Notes under the pieces: generated by a model
Seen by the model: the letters and a program-made list of their open reading frames with translations, nothing else
What the model was told of the DNA's origin: nothing
Database searches by the model: none
Assembly: GCA_030699125.1 (NCBI GenBank)
Contig: JAUYKM010000009.1
Span: forward strand, 204,958-268,957
Direction of reading: 5' to 3'
DNA length: 64,000 nt
From: Candidatus Daviesbacteria bacterium
GTDB lineage: Bacteria; Patescibacteriota; Microgenomatia; Daviesbacterales; UBA10151
In this document: in pieces, positions 58,022 through 64,000 of the stretch
How the letters are laid out: each line of letters starts with the position of its first letter
Position numbering within the stretch: position 1 is the stretch's first letter
Made by a program: the position numbers and the translations under genes

Positions 58022-58075
58022 CCCTTCGACCCATTCGATTAGTACTCAGGGTCTGCGTCCCGCCAAAGGCGGGAC
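58022..58075. repeat. Palindromic elements upstream of mraZ
   Basis: CCCTTCGACCCA[ttcgattagta]CTCAGGGTC (58022-58053) and hairpin GTCCCGCC-aaa-GGCGGGAC (58057-58075). Confidence 0.7.
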
Positions 58076-58119
58076 TTGACAATTGGCATGAAAATGGCGG
58101 AAAATAGTAATAGATGGTG
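58076..58119 (+). promoter_or_regulatory. Putative dcw (mraZ) promoter with possible MraZ boxes
   Basis: TTGACA at 58076, GAAAAT 18 nt later. TGG/TAG triplets at 10-11-nt spacing (58084, 58095, 58105, 58115) loosely resemble MraZ direct repeats. Confidence 0.4.
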
Positions 58120-58135
58120 ATTCTGCCCAAAATAT

Positions 58136-58546
58136 ATGTTTTTGGGCAGCTATAAAACTTATTTCAGTGGCAAGAATAGATTAATATTACCGAAGAGGTT
58201 CAGGAAAGAATTAGGGAATGAAGATAAGTTTTATATACTTTTGGGGGAAAATGGGGAAATTTGGGGATTTGATACGGGAAATTGGTTTAAGCTGACAGAA
58301 AATGTTTTAGAATTCCCACTTTCCACAGAAGAAGGTAGAGTTAAAAGGTTAAGACTCTTTCCTAAAGCTGAAGAATGTTCGCTAGATTCTCAGGGAAGAT
58401 TTATCTTACCCCAGGAGTTTATGGAGAGGTTAAATTTTAGAAAAGAGGTATTGATAATTGGCGGCGGTGATCATTTTGAGGTCTGGGATTTAAATCTTTG
58501 GAAAAAGCAGCAAGAGAAATTGGAAAATGGGCATGGAAGGTCATAA
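58136..58546 (+). CDS. mraZ: Transcriptional regulator MraZ
   Basis: MFLGSY, NRLILPKRFR, LDSQGR, DHFEVW. Lies upstream of rsmH. Confidence 0.92.
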   Translation: MFLGSYKTYFSGKNRLILPKRFRKELGNEDKFYILLGENGEIWGFDTGNWFKLTENVLEFPLSTEEGRVKRLRLFPKAEECSLDSQGRFILPQEFMERLNFRKEVLIIGGGDHFEVWDLNLWKKQQEKLENGHGRS

Positions 58547-59471
58547 GACCCTGAGTGGGTCGAAGGGGTATCATAGAAGCGTTCTTTTAAAAGAAGTTTT
58601 GGGTGCACTTAATATCCGAGATGCCTGGTATCTAGATTGTACTTTAGGCGACGGAGGGCACACGATAGAAATTATAAAGCGGGGAGGGAAAGTTGTCGGA
58701 ATAGACGTAGACCCGCAGGCCCTTGGGCGAGTGCGAAAGAGGTTTGGAATAGAAGAAATAGATAGAAATAAGTGGAAACTAATTGTAGGGAATTTTAGGG
58801 ATTTGAAAAAATTAATACTAAAGCAGACGGATCTCAAAGATCAAAAATTTGCTGGTGCCAAGTCATACTTGGCTGGGGCAATTTTTGATCTGGGGGTTTC
58901 CAGTTTGCAGCTTGAAACCCCGAGTCGGGGTTTTTCTTTCTCTAAGATAGGACCTTTGGATATGAGAATGGACCCTACTTTAGAGGTAAGGGCTTTGGAT
59001 TTAATTAACGCTGGCGGAAGAAAGCAGTTATATGAATTATTTAAAAATTTGGGTGAAGAAAAATATTCTAAACGTCTGGCTGATCATATGGTCAGCGCCC
59101 GTCAGGTAGGGGTAAAAATTGAGACCACCAAGGACCTGGCGGATTTGGTGGAACAAGTAGTTAGAAAACATGGGAGGTTGCACCCTGCCACAAAAATTTT
59201 TCAGGCGCTAAGGATAGCTGTAAATGATGAGTTGAATGCATTAAAGGAAGGATTGGATCAGGTGATAAGTTTAATTGATAAAAATGGTCACATTATAGTA
59301 ATTAGTTTTCATTCACTGGAAGATAGGATTGTCAAAGAGACTTTTAGAGCTTGGTCAGCTCAAGGCTGGGGTCAAATTTTAACCAAAAAGCCGATTGTAC
59401 CCACTTTGGAGGAAATAAATATAAATCCTCGAGCCAGATCAGCCAAGATGAGGGTATTTGAAAGGAGTTAA
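58533..59471 (+). CDS. rsmH: 16S rRNA m4C1402 methyltransferase
   Basis: HRSVLL, DCTLGDGGH, DLGVSSLQ, PLDMRM, FQALRIAVNDE, SFHSLEDR, NPRARSAK. Confidence 0.95.
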   Translation: MEGHKTLSGSKGYHRSVLLKEVLGALNIRDAWYLDCTLGDGGHTIEIIKRGGKVVGIDVDPQALGRVRKRFGIEEIDRNKWKLIVGNFRDLKKLILKQTDLKDQKFAGAKSYLAGAIFDLGVSSLQLETPSRGFSFSKIGPLDMRMDPTLEVRALDLINAGGRKQLYELFKNLGEEKYSKRLADHMVSARQVGVKIETTKDLADLVEQVVRKHGRLHPATKIFQALRIAVNDELNALKEGLDQVISLIDKNGHIIVISFHSLEDRIVKETFRAWSAQGWGQILTKKPIVPTLEEININPRARSAKMRVFERS

Positions 59472-59474
59472 GTA

Positions 59475-59771
59475 ATGACAATAATACGAAGTTTTGAAAC
59501 AGAAATAGAACCCAAAAAATTTTCCAAAAAATATATTATTCTCACATTAGCTGCCATTTTCGCTTTAGTGATCGTGGAAATTTGGGTAAATAACACTCTT
59601 CTTATCTACGGAGAAAAATTTGATAATTTATCAAATATTGAGAAAAACTTGAAATTGGAAAACCAAATTCTGGAAAATCAGATTGCCAGGGAAACCTCGC
59701 TGGAAAAATTATCCTCAAAATCAGCTGAGCTTGGTTTTACCCAGGCCCAAGATGTAAAATATATTCCTTGA
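59475..59771 (+). CDS. ftsL: FtsL-like cell division protein
   Basis: Single TM plus coiled coil, AELGF. Position between rsmH and ftsI. Confidence 0.7.
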   Translation: MTIIRSFETEIEPKKFSKKYIILTLAAIFALVIVEIWVNNTLLIYGEKFDNLSNIEKNLKLENQILENQIARETSLEKLSSKSAELGFTQAQDVKYIP

Positions 59772-61468
59772 TGCGTATTTATTGGATTAGGTTACTTTTT
59801 GTAGTTTTCCTTATTGCTATTATTGCCCGCTTGTTTTACTGGCAGATTGTTAAAGCAGAGGAGCTACAGGCACAAGCTGAGGAACAACATTTTACTGATA
59901 CTCGTGTGACTGCCCAAAGAGGGAACATATATTATCTTGATAATCATATTCTGGCTTCCTCAATTCCCTCATTTAACCTTTATGCTTTGCCAAAATTGTT
60001 AACTGATGATGAAAAAAGAGAAACAGCTTACAGAATGGCAAAAGTATTATCTGATGAAGAGAGTGATACAGAAGAAGAGGCCAAAAATATCTGGGATAAG
60101 CTTTTACAAGATCTATATTGGGTACAGCTTAAAAAAAATATTGATTTAGAGACTAAGAAAAAACTGGAGGAGCTCCAAATAGAGGCAATTGGATTTAACT
60201 CCACCAGTATAAGGTTTTACCCTGAAGGTTCATCCAGTGCTCATCTTTTAGGTTTCGTCGGTTCTGACGCAAAGGGAGGAGAGGTGGGTTATTTTGGAGT
60301 TGAGGGATACTATGATGGTGAGCTTAAGGGAATGGAGGGTATTTTAAGACATGAAAGAGATGCTCTTGGTTTACCAATTCTAACTGGAGACTTTTTATCT
60401 ACAGGAGCAAGAGACGGTAAGGATTTAGTACTTAATATTGATCGCTCTGTTCAGTTTATTGTGGAACAGTCTCTAAAAAAGGGGCTTGTCCGATACGGTG
60501 CAAAGACAGCCAGTGCTATTGTTATGGATCCCGAAACCGGTGTAATTCTGGCCCTGTCCTCCTATCCTAATTATGATCCTGCCAAATACACTCAATTTCC
60601 GCCGGATTATTATAAAAATCCGGTGGTGGCAGATCATTATGAGCCTGGATCAACTTTTAAGGTTTTGGTGTTGGCAGCGGCCATTAACGAGGAGGTGGTA
60701 ACACCTGAGACTAAATGTGATATTTGTCAGGGCCCCATATCTTTGGGGGGATTTCTGATAAGAACATGGAACAATAAATACCTTGATAACCCTACTATGA
60801 CCGATGTGATTATTCATTCAGACAATACGGGAATGGTATATGTTGGCAGGAAATTGGGTTTGGATAAATTTTATCAATACTTAAAGGATTTTGGCTTTGG
60901 TAGTTCTACCAATATTGATTTACAGGATGAAGCTTTTGTAGATCTTAGGCCCAAGAGTGAATGGAGGGAAATTGATCTGGCTACTTCCTCATTTGGACAG
61001 GGAATTGCAGTTACCCCTATCCAGATGATTACAGCTATTTCCGCAATTGCCAATGGGGGGTATTTAATGGAACCACAAATAGTGAAAACTATAAAAGATA
61101 ATAATCAAGTTGTGGAAATCAAGCCAAAAATTGTCAGGCAAATTTTAAAGGAATCAACAGCCAAAATTATCACTGAAATGATGGTAAGAGCAGTTGATGA
61201 AGGGGAGTCTAAATGGGCAAAGCCCAAGGGATTTAAAATTGCCGGAAAAACAGGTACTGCCCAAATTCCTATAGCTGGACACTATGATCCTGAAAAAACC
61301 ATTGCCTCTTTTGTGGGGTTTGCACCAGCTAATGATCCCACATTTGTGATGCTAGTGCGCTATGATCAGCCATCCTCCTCCATTTATGGTTCGGAAACTG
61401 CCGCTCCCACTTTTTTTGAAATTGCCAAAGAACTTTTTACCTACTTTAAAATAGCACCCTCCGAGTGA
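59771..61468 (+). CDS. ftsI: Class B penicillin-binding protein (FtsI/PBP2-type)
   Basis: RGNI, RFYP, GVEG, EPGSTFK (SxxK), SDN, KTGTAQ. Confidence 0.92.
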   Translation: MRIYWIRLLFVVFLIAIIARLFYWQIVKAEELQAQAEEQHFTDTRVTAQRGNIYYLDNHILASSIPSFNLYALPKLLTDDEKRETAYRMAKVLSDEESDTEEEAKNIWDKLLQDLYWVQLKKNIDLETKKKLEELQIEAIGFNSTSIRFYPEGSSSAHLLGFVGSDAKGGEVGYFGVEGYYDGELKGMEGILRHERDALGLPILTGDFLSTGARDGKDLVLNIDRSVQFIVEQSLKKGLVRYGAKTASAIVMDPETGVILALSSYPNYDPAKYTQFPPDYYKNPVVADHYEPGSTFKVLVLAAAINEEVVTPETKCDICQGPISLGGFLIRTWNNKYLDNPTMTDVIIHSDNTGMVYVGRKLGLDKFYQYLKDFGFGSSTNIDLQDEAFVDLRPKSEWREIDLATSSFGQGIAVTPIQMITAISAIANGGYLMEPQIVKTIKDNNQVVEIKPKIVRQILKESTAKIITEMMVRAVDEGESKWAKPKGFKIAGKTGTAQIPIAGHYDPEKTIASFVGFAPANDPTFVMLVRYDQPSSSIYGSETAAPTFFEIAKELFTYFKIAPSE

Positions 61469-61480
61469 TACCATTTATTT

Positions 61481-62221
61481 ATGGAACTTAAGGGTAAAGT
61501 ATTTATTTTAACCGGAGCAAAAAGAGTTGGTCAGGATGTGGCTAAAGCTTTGGGTGAGAGAGGTGCCAATTTGGCAATTTCCTATAATTCTTCGATAGAA
61601 GATGCTCAAGAATTAAAGAAGGAATGTGAATCTGTTGGTTCCCGCGCCGAAATTTTTAAAGCAGATCTTTCTAAAAGTGAAGATATCGGTCGTCTTGTGG
61701 ATGAGACTTTGAAAAAGTTTGGCGCAGTTGATGGACTTATTCATATGGCTGCCAATTATCCCAAAACTCCTATTGGTGGGATTACATTGGAGGATTTTGA
61801 TAAAACAATGCATATAATTGCTGCTTCTACTTTACTTTTGGGGCAAAAAATAGGCAAAGAAATGCAAGAAAACGAAGGAGATGTTAAAGGAAAAATAATT
61901 TTTTTCTCTGATTGGTCAGTTTTAAGATCCCCTTATCCGAATTATATTGTTTACAATGGGGCCAAATCAGCGGTGGAATCTTTTACCAAAAGTTTAGCAA
62001 GGCAATTTGCTCCATCCATTACTGTTAATGCTATAGCTCCTGGGCCAATCCTTAGGCCCCCTGATTTATCAGATGATGACAATGAGGAAGTGATGAAAAA
62101 AACTCCTCTTCAAAAATGGGGAGGGGGAGACGAGATTGAAAAAGCTGTTTTGTACTTGCTGGATGCAGACTTTGTAACAGGAGTAGTTTTACCTGTTGAT
62201 GGTGGCAGATCAATTGCTTAA
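61481..62221 (+). CDS. Short-chain dehydrogenase/reductase (pteridine reductase/FolM-like)
   Basis: TGAKRVG, YNGAK, VNAIAPG, VDGG. Confidence 0.85.
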   Translation: MELKGKVFILTGAKRVGQDVAKALGERGANLAISYNSSIEDAQELKKECESVGSRAEIFKADLSKSEDIGRLVDETLKKFGAVDGLIHMAANYPKTPIGGITLEDFDKTMHIIAASTLLLGQKIGKEMQENEGDVKGKIIFFSDWSVLRSPYPNYIVYNGAKSAVESFTKSLARQFAPSITVNAIAPGPILRPPDLSDDDNEEVMKKTPLQKWGGGDEIEKAVLYLLDADFVTGVVLPVDGGRSIA

Positions 62222-62704
62222 AGAGATCCTCTTTATTTTTCTTTCAAGATACTTTTGTGCTTGTACATTATTAATTGCGTCAAAGGTAAACATGGTTCCT
62301 AAAGCTGCAGCAAGTGGAGGATAAAGTAGTCCTAAACTTAATAAGACTGAATCAATAGCTGCCCACTTTTTACTGAAAACCCCTCTCTCTGTAGGATAAA
62401 GAGAATAAAGTCGGTTACCCTCATAGGTATTATGTTTTATACCAGCTTCATTAGCTCTTATGGCAGTTCTTGATCCGTGAACAGTACTTATTCTATCTGC
62501 CAAACGGCCAATAATAAAAACAGACGCTCCTAAAACATACCCGGGTAAAAAATTTTCAGTAGGAGTTCCAAAAATTTGATCCCTATATAATAATACCTGA
62601 GTAGTAAGTCCTTCTAAGAATAATGGGATTTGAGGAAAATTTCCTTCGATGTAGCTGTAATTAGTTATAAATTTATCAAAAGAACTTTTGTTCTCTATTT
62701 CCAT
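62210..62704 (-). CDS. Hypothetical membrane protein
   Basis: ORF from ATG 62704 with TGTTATACT extended -10 upstream. Hydrophobic segments. Overlaps the SDR stop convergently. Confidence 0.6.
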   Translation of the reverse strand: MEIENKSSFDKFITNYSYIEGNFPQIPLFLEGLTTQVLLYRDQIFGTPTENFLPGYVLGASVFIIGRLADRISTVHGSRTAIRANEAGIKHNTYEGNRLYSLYPTERGVFSKKWAAIDSVLLSLGLLYPPLAAALGTMFTFDAINNVQAQKYLERKIKRISLSN

Positions 62705-62757
62705 AGTTGTTGAGTATAACATTTGGATAATCCAGTTTTCTACTTCTTTGTAATCGA

Positions 62758-62789
62758 CAAACTACCTACGGCCGTGATAATCTTGAAAT
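62758..62789. repeat. Upstream copy of 32-bp ACGGCCGT-centred repeat, overlapping the promoter
   Basis: CAAACTACCTACGGCCGTGATAATCTTGAAAT, 25/32 identical to 63296-63327. TCGACA-16-GATAAT promoter overlaps it. ATG follows immediately. Confidence 0.8.
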
Positions 62790-63290
62790 ATGTATAAAAA
62801 GAAGAGTTTATCTAACCTCATTTTGTTAGCTTTGGAAAAATCAGTAGATGGTTACGTAAGATTAGAAAATTTTTTATATAACCCTGGATATTATGCTTAT
62901 CATAATGGATGGGATTACCCATTAAAAAAGTCCTCATTTGGACTAGCTCTTAAAAGATTGAGGGAGAATGGTTTGATAGACTTTGTTGGAGATAACGAAT
63001 TAATTATTAGACTTACTGATAAGGGAAGGGGGAAAACGCTAATGCTGAGCTTACTAGAAAATAATGATAAATGGGATGGTAAATGGAGGATAATTATCTT
63101 TGATGTTCCAGAAAAAAGAAGAATTGCAAGGGATTTATTAAGACAAAAATTAAAAGGGTGGGGATTTACTCCATGGCAGCAAAGTGTTTGGGTTACAAAA
63201 AAGAATTGCACAAAACAATTGAGGGATTTTATTAAGAATATTGGAATAAAGGATTGGGTAAAGGTTATTGAATCAGACAATGTTGATTAA
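62790..63290 (+). CDS. PaaX-like protein: winged HTH plus Cas2/VapD-like fold, no PaaX C-terminal domain
   Basis: ALKRLRENGLI...IRLTDKG (wHTH) then WDGKWRIIIFDVPEKRR...LKGWGF...QQSVW. Confidence 0.8.
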   Translation: MYKKKSLSNLILLALEKSVDGYVRLENFLYNPGYYAYHNGWDYPLKKSSFGLALKRLRENGLIDFVGDNELIIRLTDKGRGKTLMLSLLENNDKWDGKWRIIIFDVPEKRRIARDLLRQKLKGWGFTPWQQSVWVTKKNCTKQLRDFIKNIGIKDWVKVIESDNVD

Positions 63291-63293
63291 TGC

Positions 63294-63327
63294 TTCAAAC
63301 TATATACGGCCGTTAATAGTTTGAAAT
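63294..63327. repeat. Downstream copy: near-perfect palindrome
   Basis: TTCAAACTAT-at-ACGGCCGT-ta-ATAGTTTGAA, starting 3 nt after the stop codon. Confidence 0.85.
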
Positions 63328-63350
63328 TTGTATTATAAGGAGAGTTCTGA

Positions 63351-63359
63351 TGATATAAT
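63351..63359 (+). promoter_or_regulatory. Extended -10 promoter for murE
   Basis: TGATATAAT ending 20 nt before ATG 63380. Confidence 0.55.
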
Positions 63360-63379
63360 TAACGGCGGCAAGTTACTAA

Positions 63380-64000
63380 ATGAATTACTTGAAACAATTA
63401 TTGCGGGGATTTTTTCCTCAAAATTTTATCAATAAATTTTACCATCTTCCCATGGCCTTTTTGGCCAATTTATTTTATGGGTTTCCCACCAGAAAACTGA
63501 TTGTAATTGGGGTGACTGGTACTGACGGAAAAACCACCACCACCAATATGATTTATAGGATTCTAAAAGCCGCAGGCAAAAAAGTATCCATGGTATCAAC
63601 AGTTAATGCATATGTGGGGGGTAAAATTTATGATACTGGTTTTCATGTTACTTCTCCTGATCCATTCATGGTACAAAAATTTGCCGGAGCAGCAGTTAAT
63701 CACGGTGATAAATATCTTATTTTGGAAGTGACCTCTCACAGCTTGGATCAAGTAAGATTTTGGGGAGTAAAATTTAAAATCGGAGTGATTACCAATATTA
63801 CTCATGAACATCTAGATTATCATGAAACTTTTGAAAATTACAAAAATACAAAATTATCTTTACTAAAAAACGGCAGTTTTGCAATTATTAATGATAATTT
63901 AAAAAAAGATGTAGCAGGAAAAACTAAAGCTGATATTATTACCTTTGGTCTCTCTTCCGGGGACTTTAATCAAAAGGAGATTAACCTTAAGCTAAAGATT
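63380..64000 (+). CDS. murE: UDP-N-acetylmuramyl-tripeptide synthetase (partial)
   Basis: Not in the ORF track. VIGVTGTDGKTTT, HVTSPD, LEVTSHSLDQ, TNITHEHLDYH. Confidence 0.9.
   Translation, partial: MNYLKQLLRGFFPQNFINKFYHLPMAFLANLFYGFPTRKLIVIGVTGTDGKTTTTNMIYRILKAAGKKVSMVSTVNAYVGGKIYDTGFHVTSPDPFMVQKFAGAAVNHGDKYLILEVTSHSLDQVRFWGVKFKIGVITNITHEHLDYHETFENYKNTKLSLLKNGSFAIINDNLKKDVAGKTKADIITFGLSSGDFNQKEINLKLKI

Noticed and set aside
57879-58130. 83-aa minus-strand ORF across the mraZ upstream region
   Set aside because: It is built from repeat translations (SPAFGG, TLS) and overlaps a gene end and a promoter.
62758-63327. CRISPR array or CRISPR-Cas locus, suggested by 32-bp repeats and a Cas2-like domain
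   Set aside because: Only two repeats, separated by a whole gene. No spacer-sized units and no cas1 or effector genes.
1450-63811. Numerous 60-150 aa ORFs antisense or out of frame within long genes (e.g. 11922-12260, 21794-22240, 49665-50006, 62915-63280, 63596-63811)
   Set aside because: They lie within well-supported genes and have no recognisable motifs, so they are treated as shadow ORFs.
1-64000. rRNA, tRNA, intact transposase, integrase or prophage genes
   Set aside because: No recognisable signatures, and the intergenic gaps are too short or already explained. A tRNAscan/Infernal run would be needed to exclude small RNAs formally.

Overview
AT-rich bacterial DNA, most likely from a Patescibacteria/CPR (Microgenomates-like) genome. 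This is an inference from the homodimeric-type GlyRS, a RecO lacking its zinc finger, DUF4012, a stand-alone PaaX/Cas2-like gene and many short-leader promoters. Bases 1-55099 are a very large cell-surface glycan locus that runs off the left edge. It has a minus-strand nucleotide-sugar block (oxidoreductase, WecE-like aminotransferase, acetyltransferase, GT2, sugar C-methyltransferase, SDR, RfbF, FkbM). A long plus-strand run follows, with four giant AftD/YfhO-like GT-C proteins, four PMT/ArnT-like GT-C proteins, many GT2/GT4 enzymes, NadE, Ugd, a NoeA/NoeB-like module, Wzx, an O-antigen ligase-like protein, a priming sugar transferase and DUF4012. The locus carries about nine SAM methyltransferase domains in total. 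Housekeeping genes come next: recO, glyQS, mraZ-rsmH-ftsL-ftsI, a three-gene insert and partial murE. The most striking unexplained structures are: (1) a 166-aa wHTH plus Cas2-fold gene bracketed exactly by two 32-bp ACGGCCGT-centred repeats; (2) GC-rich palindromic and heptamer micro-insertions sitting in frame inside genes, including recO and rsmH; (3) a 167-bp multi-hairpin element with 8-bp direct repeats; and (4) repeated large-GT-C plus small-membrane-protein modules. No rRNA, tRNA or CRISPR array was seen. All family assignments come from motifs recognised by eye, not from database searches.
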